This document shows positions 19,925 through 29,175 of a DNA stretch of 57,888 nt, one piece after another. Origin of the DNA: an uncultured Bacteroidia bacterium (GTDB lineage: Bacteria; Bacteroidota; Bacteroidia; NS11-12g; UBA9320); assembly GCA_963924815.1 (NCBI GenBank), contig CAWURO010000092.1, positions 1-57,888 of the forward strand. Direction: 5' to 3'. The notes beneath the pieces were generated by a model. That model ran no database searches. It was not told the origin of the DNA and saw only the letters and a program-made list of their open reading frames with translations. A program made the position numbers and the translations under genes. Positions within the stretch are counted from its first letter, which is position 1. Every line of letters begins with the position of its first letter.

Positions 19925-20566
19925 TTACTTTTTAGCAATCAAATAGTCTGCAAATCCATACCAATCCCAATATACTCCTCCGCGAACATATCCCTTAGTA
20001 AGTAGCTGTAAGGGGATTTTAATTGGCATTAATGCAATATTGATCCAGCTTCTATTTTTACCTGCCATCTGCACCTTAAAACGGTGATTCATGAAAATGT
20101 TGGCTACCTCTTTTAAGGAGTATATGCGTACATGGGTAGCATCATCAAAAAAATTAAGCGTTTCTTTTTTACTAGGGAAGGTAGCGCTAGCTTCACAAGG
20201 AAACTCAATATAAAAAAGTCCGCCTTTTGAGAGTTTCTGAAAAAGTAAAGGAAGTACTTTATCTCCGTTGTACAAATGCTCTATCACATGACTCATGATA
20301 ATTACATCATAGGTGTCATTTGGGATTGCATCAAAGTTTAATTCTGTTAGATCTAGTTGAATAAACTCATCCATATTGCGAATATCCTCTTCCGTATTAT
20401 CGTAGCTTACATCGCGGTCTACACCCGTATAATGACAATTAGGGAGCCACTTCTTAGTAATAGTACTCGAGTGACTTCCAGAGCCAATATCCAGTATTCG
20501 GAGGTCTTGTTTCGCTGTGTATTTACCGATGGTTTTGAGCCTAAAAGGCTTTAATTTAGTGCTCAT
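19925..20566 (-). CDS. Class I SAM-dependent methyltransferase
   Basis: 213 aa. Motif I ILDIGSGSH and a later IIMSHVIEHL. Starts 3 nt after the fumC stop. Confidence 0.8.
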   Translation of the reverse strand: MSTKLKPFRLKTIGKYTAKQDLRILDIGSGSHSSTITKKWLPNCHYTGVDRDVSYDNTEEDIRNMDEFIQLDLTELNFDAIPNDTYDVIIMSHVIEHLYNGDKVLPLLFQKLSKGGLFYIEFPCEASATFPSKKETLNFFDDATHVRIYSLKEVANIFMNHRFKVQMAGKNRSWINIALMPIKIPLQLLTKGYVRGGVYWDWYGFADYLIAKK

Positions 20567-20569
20567 GAT

Positions 20570-21973
20570 CTAAAATCCGAGTTCCATGTCTCCACACATA
20601 TCTGCAGGCACAACCCATTCGTCAAATTCTGCTGCTGTGAGATAACCTAACTCAACTCCAGCTGCTTTTAGTGTTGTGTTTTCTTGGTGTGCTTTTTTAG
20701 CAATTTTAGCGGCTTTGTCATAACCAATGTGGGTGTTTAAGGCGGTTACCAGCATAAGCGAACTATCTAATTTATTTTTTATTTCAGTAAGATTTGGCTC
20801 AATACCTACTACACAGTTATCGTTAAACGATAGACATGCTTGACCCAATATACGGGCAGATTGAAGAACATTGGCAGCAATTAGAGGCTTAAAAACATTA
20901 AGCTCAAAATGACCATTAGAACCTCCTATGGTAACGGCAACGTCATTTCCCATAACTTGAGCACACACCATTGTAAGTGCTTCACATTGTGTTGGGTTTA
21001 CCTTACCCGGCATAATACTAGAGCCAGGTTCATTGCTAGGGATTAAAATTTCTCCAATTCCGCTTCTTGGACCTGAGCTTAGCATACGAATATCATTTCC
21101 AATTTTCATACAGCTTACTGCGGCTCTTTTCAGAGCACCATGAAGTTCTACCATTGCATCATGTGCAGCAAGTGCTTCAAATTTATTAACTGCCGTGCGG
21201 AAAGGCATTCCCATCTCTTCCGCTATTTTGCTTGCGACAAGTTCCGCATAATCTTTTGGAGCATTAAGCCCAGTGCCTACAGCAGTGCCACCCAAAGCTA
21301 ATTCTTGTGCTCCTATCATTGCATTTTCAATAGCGATTATACTCATTTCAAGTTGTCGTCGGTAGCCGCTAAACTCTTGCCCAAGTGTAAGTGGGGTAGC
21401 ATCCATAAAATGTGTACGACCTATTTTTACGATATGCTTAAACTCGCGTGCTTTTTTCTTAAAAGTATCTTTTAATACTTGCAACCCAGGTATACTAAAA
21501 TCTACTACTTCCTTATAGACGGCAATACTCATAGCCGTTGGGAATGTATCATTACTGCTTTGCGATTTGTTTACATCATCATTTGGGTGAAGAAATTTGT
21601 CGTTATCCATTAAACTGCCGCCTTTCAATACATGACCTCGATTTGCAATCACTTCGTTCACATTCATATTACTTTGTGTTCCGGAGCCTGTTTGCCAAAT
21701 AACCAATGGAAACTCATCGTTTAGCTTCCCAGCAATTATTTCATCGCATACTTGTGCGATAAGTTCTGCCTTTTCTTTAGGAAGTATGCCTAATTCATAG
21801 TTGGTAAGCGCAGCGCATTTTTTTAGAACTCCAAAAGCCTTTATAATTTCTAGGGGCATTACTTGGTTACCAATTTTGAAGTTTTCTAGAGATCGTTGGG
21901 TTTGGGCTGCCCAATATTTTGTGGACTCTACTTTTACTTCTCCTATACTGTCTCTCTCTATTCTGTATTCCAT
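20570..21973 (-). CDS. fumC: Class II fumarate hydratase
   Basis: Signature [15 protein letters not shown] and the typical N-terminus [14 protein letters not shown] chose ATG 21973, because TTG 21994 lies inside the predicted -7 box. Confidence 0.96.
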   Translation of the reverse strand: MEYRIERDSIGEVKVESTKYWAAQTQRSLENFKIGNQVMPLEIIKAFGVLKKCAALTNYELGILPKEKAELIAQVCDEIIAGKLNDEFPLVIWQTGSGTQSNMNVNEVIANRGHVLKGGSLMDNDKFLHPNDDVNKSQSSNDTFPTAMSIAVYKEVVDFSIPGLQVLKDTFKKKAREFKHIVKIGRTHFMDATPLTLGQEFSGYRRQLEMSIIAIENAMIGAQELALGGTAVGTGLNAPKDYAELVASKIAEEMGMPFRTAVNKFEALAAHDAMVELHGALKRAAVSCMKIGNDIRMLSSGPRSGIGEILIPSNEPGSSIMPGKVNPTQCEALTMVCAQVMGNDVAVTIGGSNGHFELNVFKPLIAANVLQSARILGQACLSFNDNCVVGIEPNLTEIKNKLDSSLMLVTALNTHIGYDKAAKIAKKAHQENTTLKAAGVELGYLTAAEFDEWVVPADMCGDMELGF

Positions 21974-21991
21974 TGTTGTTTGATAAAGCTC

Positions 21992-21999
21992 CAAAGATA
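21992..21999 (-). promoter_or_regulatory. -7 promoter box TATCTTTG (minus strand), 18 nt upstream of the fumC ATG
   Basis: Exact TAnnTTTG on the reverse complement. Confidence 0.45.
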
Positions 22000-22165
22000 A
22001 TTATTTGACCAGCTAAAATTGCAGCCTTAGCTTCAAATAAGTGAAAGCATATAAAAACATCTTTCTGAGCTATTGTCTAATTTTTGTACACAAAGTTGCA
22101 GACCCTTATTAATTGTGGGATGTGAAACACTAAAAACATTAATATTTGTATTATTAATAACATAT

Positions 22166-22750
22166 ATGAAATTAAAACAAATTTTAATAACATTAGTAGC
22201 TTTGCTTTTCGTATGTTTTGCTACCGTTTCCGAAGCTCAAACCTTGAGTAAATCAGAAAAGAAGATCTTAAAAAAGGAATTGAAGACGTATAAGAAAAAT
22301 CCTGAAGATTATTCTTCAATGAAGGAAAGAACAAAAACTCAAATACAGGAGCTGAATGACGAAGTGGAAAGTCTGAAAGCTAAATTAGCTACGTCAAATA
22401 AAGAAACACAGAATTTATCTGATAGATATGCTAGCTTAGAAATGCAATATGCTAAACTTAAAAAGAGCTGCGTTACTAGCGAATTACCAGTAGGAACTGT
22501 TTATCAGGTGCAAATGGGTTACTACGAATATTTAGATTTAATGTCATTTAACTCAAAACTTAAGTCAGTAAAGGCTGAGGAAATTGACGGAGGTAAAAGA
22601 TACATAATTGGTTATTTCGACGATGTAATGGAAGCGGTACAATTTAGCAATGATATAAAGAATCTTGGAATCAATGATGCTTTTGTAACTGAATATACCA
22701 ATGGTAAAAGAAATATGAATTTTGATGCTCTCAAAAGCATTTCAAAATAG
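22166..22750 (+). CDS. Secreted coiled-coil protein with a C-terminal SPOR-like domain
   Basis: Signal peptide MKLKQILITLVALLFVCFATVSEAQ, a K/E-rich coiled coil and a C-terminal YQVQMGYYEY...RYIIGYFDDVMEAVQF. I chose ATG 22166 over the upstream start at 22073. Confidence 0.7.
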   Translation: MKLKQILITLVALLFVCFATVSEAQTLSKSEKKILKKELKTYKKNPEDYSSMKERTKTQIQELNDEVESLKAKLATSNKETQNLSDRYASLEMQYAKLKKSCVTSELPVGTVYQVQMGYYEYLDLMSFNSKLKSVKAEEIDGGKRYIIGYFDDVMEAVQFSNDIKNLGINDAFVTEYTNGKRNMNFDALKSISK

Positions 22751-22771
22751 AAAAATACAGTTGTTAAAATT

Positions 22772-22807
22772 AAAAGCCCATTGCTTTACAAGTGATGGGC
22801 ATTTTTT
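22772..22807. terminator. Hairpin terminator between convergent genes
   Basis: AAAAGCCCAT-n13-ATGGGCATTTTTT has a 6-bp GC-rich stem flanked by A and T runs. Confidence 0.5.
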
Positions 22808-22862
22808 GTGTCTTAGAACAAAGAAATAGTATATCAGCCGTTCAGTTATCTATCACTTGTTT

Positions 22863-23519
22863 TTAGGATGTAAAACCTTTCAGATATTCGGTTTTTAGCA
22901 ACGAACAAATCTTATATCGCTCATCTTTAGTGTCTTGGTAAAGAGCTTCTAGCGTTTCGTATACATGCTCTAGTCCTATTTCTTTACTCCACTCAAATGG
23001 ACCTTTAGGATAGGCTGTGCCTAACTTCATGCCCAAATCAATGTCTTCTCTGGAGGCCGTTCCCTCTTGCAATGTAAAGTAAGCTTCGTTTATTATCATG
23101 CATATAATACGAGGGGTAACCAATCCTACTCTACTAGCCACAAATCGGTATTCTAAGTCTAGAGACGATAAAATAGCGGATGCAATACCCTTATCATCTT
23201 CGTTTAACGCACATAGTTCGAGTAAGCTTCTGTTGATAAAAGTAGGGAGTGTATTCATGCCAATAATAGGGCAGCTAGGCAACTCGCCTATTTCTGCAAG
23301 TATCTCTTCTAACTGTACTTTTACTGCGCCTACTACTATTAGTTTCCCCTCAAGCTCCATGTAGTATTGTATCTGTTCTGGAGTATCGTCAAAATCTAAA
23401 TCAAATATGACATCATAGCTCTCAATTTCATTAATTTTGAAAGGTAGAATAGTGTACTTGTTCAAGAGTTGTTCAAGTTCTGCTATTTGATTGGGCTGAC
23501 CTTTAGCTGCTATATTCAT
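22863..23519 (-). CDS. 3-hydroxyacyl-CoA dehydrogenase family protein (C-terminal domain intact, N-terminal Rossmann motif not seen)
   Basis: 218 aa. 3HCDH C-domain-like PRIICMIINEAYFTLQEGTASREDIDLGMKLGTAYPKGPFEW. I saw no GxGxxG in the N-terminal 100 aa. Confidence 0.7.
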   Translation of the reverse strand: MNIAAKGQPNQIAELEQLLNKYTILPFKINEIESYDVIFDLDFDDTPEQIQYYMELEGKLIVVGAVKVQLEEILAEIGELPSCPIIGMNTLPTFINRSLLELCALNEDDKGIASAILSSLDLEYRFVASRVGLVTPRIICMIINEAYFTLQEGTASREDIDLGMKLGTAYPKGPFEWSKEIGLEHVYETLEALYQDTKDERYKICSLLKTEYLKGFTS

Positions 23520-23578
23520 CGATTAGCAAAGGTATGTGTCCTTGGTAAAAAACTTAACACAAGATAAAAATTAATAAA

Positions 23579-23959
23579 ATGACCAAAAAAATAATTAGTA
23601 CTTCGGATGCTCCAGCAGCCATTGGTCCCTACAGTCAAGCAATTCTTGCCGGCGATACTTTATATTGCAGTGGGCAGATAGCTATCAATCCTAGCACGGG
23701 AGAGTTGGTTTTAGATTCGATTCAAACGGAAACCGAGCAAGTAATGAAAAATATAAAAGCCGTATTAAAGGCCGCGGAAATGGATTTGAGTAATGTCGTA
23801 AAATGCACTATTTTTATGAGTAGCATGGAACATTATGGAGATATTAATACGGTTTATGCTGCTTATTTTTCTGAAAATCCTCCGGCTAGAGAGGCTGTAG
23901 CTGTTAAAACATTGCCCAAAGAGGTCAATGTGGAGATTAGCGTAGTGGCCGTTCGGTAG
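23579..23959 (+). CDS. ridA: RidA family reactive-intermediate deaminase
   Basis: 126 aa. APAAIGPYSQA, FMSSMEHYGDINTVY, PAREAVAV. Confidence 0.93.
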   Translation: MTKKIISTSDAPAAIGPYSQAILAGDTLYCSGQIAINPSTGELVLDSIQTETEQVMKNIKAVLKAAEMDLSNVVKCTIFMSSMEHYGDINTVYAAYFSENPPAREAVAVKTLPKEVNVEISVVAVR

Positions 23960-23984
23960 TTAAATAAAATGAGCTATAACAAAA

Positions 23985-24010
23985 AAGGAGAACATTTCTG
24001 TTCTCCTTTC
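23985..24010. terminator. Bidirectional hairpin shared by ridA (+) and tRNA-Phe (-)
   Basis: AAGGAGAAC-n6-GTTCTCCTT with an upstream A run and a downstream TTTC. Confidence 0.6.
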
Positions 24011-24013
24011 AAG

Positions 24014-24086
24014 TGGTGTGGGGCGGGATCGAACCGCCGACACAAGGATTTTCAGTCCTTTGCTCTACCGACTGAGCTACCGCACC
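24014..24086 (-). tRNA. tRNA-Phe (anticodon GAA)
   Basis: The reverse complement reads GGTGCGGTAGCTCAGTCGGTAGAGCAAAGGACTGAAAATCCTTGTGTCGGCGGTTCGATCCCGCCCCACACCA. This folds as a cloverleaf with D-loop AGTCGGTA, anticodon loop CTGAAAA and T-loop TTCGATC. There is one C-A mismatch in the acceptor stem, and no encoded CCA. Confidence 0.9.
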
Positions 24087-24224
24087 AAAATCGATACTTA
24101 CTGCTAAATGGCACAAAATAAACCTATCAACTCCGTAAGCGGGTGCAAAAATAATCCTATAATTCACTTTTAAAAATAAATTATGGTTTCGGTATTTAAA
24201 ATATTTCTAAGTGCCGAAATTTTC

Positions 24225-24232
24225 TAATTTTG
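24225..24232 (+). promoter_or_regulatory. -7 promoter box TAATTTTG, 12 nt upstream of ATG 24245
   Basis: Exact TAnnTTTG. The alternative TTG start at 24230 lies inside the box. Confidence 0.45.
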
Positions 24233-24244
24233 AACTTCATACAA

Positions 24245-25552
24245 ATGCAGTATATAGAACAAATTTTATTCGTAGCCATCTTAGCCGTAGCCATCTATTT
24301 CTTTGCCCAAAAAGTAAAGCAGATTCGTAGAAATATTCTAATTGGCAAAGATCAAATAATCAATGATAACAAACCAGCCCGTTGGCTGATGATGGCTAAA
24401 GTAGCCTTGGGACAAAGTAAAATGGTAGTAAGACCAGTAGCTGGATTTTTTCACATTCTAATTTATCTAGGTTTTGTGCTTATCAATATTGAAGTGTTAG
24501 AAATAGTAATTGACGGTATTTTTGGGACTCATAGAGTTTTATCTTTTATGGGGCCAGTATATGACGCCGCTATCGGTTTCTTTGAAATTTTAGCAGTATT
24601 GGTTTTGGTATCTTGTTTGGTCTTTCTGGGTAGAAGATTTATTGCAAAAATTCCACGGTTTCATTCTCCCGAAATGAAGGGTTGGGCGACTAAAGACGCT
24701 ACGTATATTCTTGTCATAGAAATTGTTTTAATGGGTGCCTTACTTAAAATGAATGCTGTAGATCAAGTATTACAAAGCAAAGGTGCTGATCATTATGTGG
24801 CCGCGGGTAGTTTCCCTGTTTCGCAGTATTTAATTGGCTTTTTTCAAAATTATAATATTTCAACACTAATTGTTTTGGAGCGCATTTTTTGGTGGTTTCA
24901 TATTTTGGGAATTTTATTTTTTCTTAATTATGTTCCATACAGCAAGCACTTGCATATTTTCTTAGCCTTCCCTAATACGTGGTATGGTAGACTTCAACCT
25001 GCCGGACAGTTTGCGAATATGCCAGAAATTACCAATGAAGTGAATTTAATGCTTGACCCAAGTAAAGCCGACCCCAACATGCCTCCGCCAGATAAGTTCG
25101 GGGTAAGCGACGTCACGGACCTTTCTTGGAAGAATTTGTTAGACGCGTACTCGTGTACCGAATGTGGTAGATGCACTAGCTCATGCCCTGCCAGTATTAC
25201 GGGTAAAAAACTAAGCCCTCGCAAGATTATGATGGATACGCGCGATAGGGCAGATGAGCTAGGTAAAGCAAAGGATGCCAATGGAGCGGATTATCATGAC
25301 GGGAAGTCTCTCCATGATTATATTTCGCAAGAAGAATTGCTCGCCTGTACTACCTGTAATGCTTGCGTGGATGCTTGTCCTATTAATATTAATCCTTTGG
25401 AAATAATATTTGGAATGCGTCAGTATCAAACCTTGGAAAAATCGAATATGCCAAGCGAATGGGCCATGATGAATAGCAACATCGAAAATAATCAAGCGCC
25501 ATGGCAGTTTTCGCCAAGCGACAGAGCAAATTGGACAAACGACATAAAATAG
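24245..25552 (+). CDS. Membrane-anchored (Fe-S)-binding protein (polytopic N-domain fused to a 2x[4Fe-4S] ferredoxin domain), HdrD/DsrMK-like, part 1
   Basis: About 6 hydrophobic helices, then CTECGRCTSSCP and CTTCNACVDACP (C-x2-C-x2-C-x3-CP). Confidence 0.85.
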   Translation: MQYIEQILFVAILAVAIYFFAQKVKQIRRNILIGKDQIINDNKPARWLMMAKVALGQSKMVVRPVAGFFHILIYLGFVLINIEVLEIVIDGIFGTHRVLSFMGPVYDAAIGFFEILAVLVLVSCLVFLGRRFIAKIPRFHSPEMKGWATKDATYILVIEIVLMGALLKMNAVDQVLQSKGADHYVAAGSFPVSQYLIGFFQNYNISTLIVLERIFWWFHILGILFFLNYVPYSKHLHIFLAFPNTWYGRLQPAGQFANMPEITNEVNLMLDPSKADPNMPPPDKFGVSDVTDLSWKNLLDAYSCTECGRCTSSCPASITGKKLSPRKIMMDTRDRADELGKAKDANGADYHDGKSLHDYISQEELLACTTCNACVDACPININPLEIIFGMRQYQTLEKSNMPSEWAMMNSNIENNQAPWQFSPSDRANWTNDIK

Positions 25553-25593
25553 GGAACAATAAAAACAGCTATGGGGTGTTATAATTCCTTGAT

Positions 25594-28311
25594 ATGATTA
25601 AAACTTTATTTCTTGTTGTTTCCCTACAGCTTGTGGGGCTCTTATCTTCAGCACAAACATATACTCTATCAGGGCGATTAATAGATGCCAATGGTCAAGG
25701 TATAGCATACGCTAGCATCGCGTTAAGTGATAGGATAGATACCTCTACGATACAATTTTCCATTGCCAAAGAGGACGGAAGCTTTATGATGAAAGGCATC
25801 GTAGCTGGCGATTATATTATTCTCGCAGCTTCAGTTGGATACGAGGTGGAGCATAAATTCGTTGCAATCGATAGTGATTGGTCTAATTTTAAATTAGAGA
25901 TGACGAGTTCTGATATTTCTATGAAAGAAATTCTGGTGCGTGCTAAAAAAATACCGGTGCTTATAAATGGCGATACTGTGATTTATAACAGTAGCAGTTT
26001 CAAAACACAATCAAATGCGAATGTGGAAGATCTAATCAAAAAAATGCCTGGTATTCAAGTGAATAAAGACGGATCAGTTTCGGTAGAAGGGCAGGCTGTA
26101 ACTAAGGTTTTGATTAATGGTAAAGAATTTTTTGGAGGCAATATCGAAGCTGCTACTAAAAATCTTGACGCTTCACTGGTAGACAAAGTGGAGGTAATAG
26201 ATAAAAAAACCGATGATGATGAGTTTACAGGAGAAGAAGGAAACCAGCGTGAGAAGGTCATTAATTTAGTGCTTAAAGAAAATAAGGCGCAAGGTTACTT
26301 TGGAACAGTTAGAGCCGGTTATGGCAGTGATGATTACTATGATGTGCAAGGGAATGTCAATTTTTTTAAAGACGAAACACAGCTCTCTATAATTGGCGGA
26401 TTAAACAATATAAACCGCAATTTGTACGGATGGAATGATATGCAGACGCTCAATACGTTTGAAATCACCCCATTCAATAATAGTCAGAACACCTGGTGGT
26501 GGAATAGTGGCGTTAAAAGTTACGAGGGTGCGGGAGCAAATTTGCACCTTGAACCGATTAAAGGCATGAAAACCGATGTAGCCTATGTAATCACCAATGA
26601 ACATAACATAAATGAAAGTTCGACCAATTCTGAGTTGTATCTTACCAACAATAACTTGTTCTCTGACAGATTAGAACTGGGAAATGGAGATAAAGGGAAT
26701 CACCAATTAAATATTAAAACAGAGTATGAGCCAGATACCTTGAATAGGCTTGTTTTTAGAGCACAGCTCAGTAAGGAAGTGGGACAAAATTTTGACGGTT
26801 CCCTTACGTTGAATATGGATAGCTTAAGGCGCGTACTTAATACAGGAGTTACGAGAAATGTAAAGGATTTAGGTAATGAAAAATCAATTTCTAAAATTCA
26901 CTGGACGAAAAAAAGCAGCGAGAAAACAGGGAATATGCTGCTAGCATCATTGTATTACGGCGCATCAAAAAGTGGGAATAATGCGAGCAGTTTTTTTAAT
27001 ACAGTACCCTATATACTCGATTTTCCGACGAATGAGCCGGATTCACTTCGCAAAGAGCTTACCTCATCGGAAAATACGATAGCCACAACCGCAATGTACC
27101 AGTTTCAGTTAAACAAAAAATGGACCATAAAACCAGGTGTTAATTGGATGATAAGTGAGTATAATCATAATTTTTCGTGGTTACCAGCATCGCAAGAGAA
27201 GTTGCTCAATAACAGTCCTCAGGGTACGGTAAAAGCACAAAATTTAGAATATTATATACACATAAGTTACAAGCTAGATTCGTTTACGACCTTATATGTG
27301 ATCCCAGAACTAAATCAAGTTATTGAAAATAGAAGTTTTACTACGGACCAAGAAAATGCTTACTCGTTCCAGCAGTTTTATTTCATTCCTTATATGTTTT
27401 TAAAATCTGCAAAAGGACATAAATATGATTTCTCCTTAAATTTACGTGCTAATTTGAATAGACCGGATATTAGTCAAATTTTGCCTGTGATTGACAATAC
27501 AAATCCCTATAAAACTACGGTTGGTAATATCAAGTTGCAAAATTCTATGAACTACTCATCCAATTATCGTTATCAGCGTATATTGGGTTTAGGTAAAACA
27601 GTCTTTTTTAACGGGTGGAATTCATTAAGTATTAATCCCGTAATCAATAGCAATGAAATTACACCAGAGAATTATGCCGTATCTAGTGTTCTCAATTTTA
27701 AGAATAGAGTTTATTCAAATCAGTCAGCGGGTGTTACATGGCCCATTAGCGCAATAAAAGCGACTCTAGGTGTAGACGTTGACTACGACTTTGGGCAGGC
27801 TTATTTTATTCAAAATTCTATTGAAATAAGAAGTCTAAATCATACCATATCGGTAGGACCGAGGATACAGTTTAATGAGTTTGATATGTGGAGTTTAGAT
27901 GCGAATTATATGGTGAATAGACAAACTGGAAGTATCGGAGGCGTTAGCAATAACGGCTATTTCTATCACGAAATTGATGCAGAATTTGTTCTTACTCCCA
28001 TGGAAAGATTAGAGTGGAGTACGTCATTGTATTTAGAAATATATGGAGCAAACAATGCCGTGGGTGCTAAGAGTATACCTATATTAAGTTCAGAAATTTC
28101 CTTCTTTATAGATAAAGATCAAAAATGGAGCATTGGTGCAAAAGCATACGATATTTTGGATAAAAATCAGAATCTTTGGAGATGGTGGAGTAACAATGGG
28201 TTTATACAAAGTCAGAGTAATGCCATACAACGGTATGTAATGGGAACCTTGACGTATAAAATCAATAAGCCCAATAAAAAAGGTAAAACAGAATCAGAAT
28301 ACAATTACTAG
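25594..28311 (+). CDS. Outer membrane beta-barrel family protein (TonB-dependent-receptor-like, CarboxypepD_reg plus plug plus barrel)
   Basis: 905 aa. Signal peptide ...LLSSAQ, YTLSGRLIDANGQGIAYASI, plug-like NVEDLIKKMPGIQVNKDGSVSVEGQAVTKVLINGKEF, and a long alternating beta-strand C-terminal region. Confidence 0.85.
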   Translation: MIKTLFLVVSLQLVGLLSSAQTYTLSGRLIDANGQGIAYASIALSDRIDTSTIQFSIAKEDGSFMMKGIVAGDYIILAASVGYEVEHKFVAIDSDWSNFKLEMTSSDISMKEILVRAKKIPVLINGDTVIYNSSSFKTQSNANVEDLIKKMPGIQVNKDGSVSVEGQAVTKVLINGKEFFGGNIEAATKNLDASLVDKVEVIDKKTDDDEFTGEEGNQREKVINLVLKENKAQGYFGTVRAGYGSDDYYDVQGNVNFFKDETQLSIIGGLNNINRNLYGWNDMQTLNTFEITPFNNSQNTWWWNSGVKSYEGAGANLHLEPIKGMKTDVAYVITNEHNINESSTNSELYLTNNNLFSDRLELGNGDKGNHQLNIKTEYEPDTLNRLVFRAQLSKEVGQNFDGSLTLNMDSLRRVLNTGVTRNVKDLGNEKSISKIHWTKKSSEKTGNMLLASLYYGASKSGNNASSFFNTVPYILDFPTNEPDSLRKELTSSENTIATTAMYQFQLNKKWTIKPGVNWMISEYNHNFSWLPASQEKLLNNSPQGTVKAQNLEYYIHISYKLDSFTTLYVIPELNQVIENRSFTTDQENAYSFQQFYFIPYMFLKSAKGHKYDFSLNLRANLNRPDISQILPVIDNTNPYKTTVGNIKLQNSMNYSSNYRYQRILGLGKTVFFNGWNSLSINPVINSNEITPENYAVSSVLNFKNRVYSNQSAGVTWPISAIKATLGVDVDYDFGQAYFIQNSIEIRSLNHTISVGPRIQFNEFDMWSLDANYMVNRQTGSIGGVSNNGYFYHEIDAEFVLTPMERLEWSTSLYLEIYGANNAVGAKSIPILSSEISFFIDKDQKWSIGAKAYDILDKNQNLWRWWSNNGFIQSQSNAIQRYVMGTLTYKINKPNKKGKTESEYNY

Positions 28312-28342
28312 TCACGTAAAAAAATATAAATTGCAACCCGAA

Positions 28343-29134
28343 ATGAGTGAACCATTACACGTACCAACAGTAGCAGAATTAACCGCAAAAGGAGAAAAAC
28401 CAGATGTTTTGTTTTGGGTGGGTTGCGCAGGAAGTTTTGACGAAAGAGCCCAAAAAATAACAAAAGCCTTTGTCAAAATATTAAACAATGTTGGAATAAA
28501 ATATGCCATACTTGGAACTGAGGAAAGCTGTACTGGAGACCCTGCAAAACGAGCAGGTAATGAGTTCCTTTTTCAAATGCAAGCAATGGCAAATATTGCC
28601 ACACTTAATGCCTACGAGATCACTAAAATAGTAACCACTTGCCCACATTGCTTTAATACTATCAAAAACGAATATCCTAGTTTAGGTGGCACATATGAAG
28701 TGATTCATCATACGCAATTGTTGCAAGAACTAATTGACGAGGGCAAGCTAACCTTCGGTGCAGATCCCTTTAAAGGTAAAAAAATAACGTACCACGATAG
28801 TTGCTATTTGGGTAGGGCTAATGGTGTGTATGACGCGCCACGAAGAATACTAGAAGCTATGGATGCTGAACTAGTAGAAATGAAACGGTGCCGTAAAAAC
28901 GGCTTGTGCTGCGGTGCAGGGGGTGCGCAAATGTTTAAAGAAGCAGAGTCAGGCACAAAAGAGATAAATATCGAACGAACCGAAGAAGCGATCGCAACGG
29001 GAGCTAGCATAATATCTGCAAATTGTCCTTTCTGTACAACGATGATGGGCGATGGCGTGAAGCATGCAAATATGGAAGGTCAAGTTGAAGTCTTAGATAT
29101 AGCAGAACTAGTTGCGCAAGCCAAAGATTTATAA
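28343..29134 (+). CDS. (Fe-S)-binding protein with two cysteine-rich CCG domains, HdrD/DsrK-like, part 2
   Basis: VGCAGSF...TTCPHCFN and GLCCGAGG...NCPFCTTM fit the CCG-domain pattern. I chose ATG 28343 over TTG 28331. Confidence 0.85.
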   Translation: MSEPLHVPTVAELTAKGEKPDVLFWVGCAGSFDERAQKITKAFVKILNNVGIKYAILGTEESCTGDPAKRAGNEFLFQMQAMANIATLNAYEITKIVTTCPHCFNTIKNEYPSLGGTYEVIHHTQLLQELIDEGKLTFGADPFKGKKITYHDSCYLGRANGVYDAPRRILEAMDAELVEMKRCRKNGLCCGAGGAQMFKEAESGTKEINIERTEEAIATGASIISANCPFCTTMMGDGVKHANMEGQVEVLDIAELVAQAKDL

Positions 29135-29175
29135 AAATAGACTTTAAGGGATTTTAATATAAAGAGAGACTTAGG

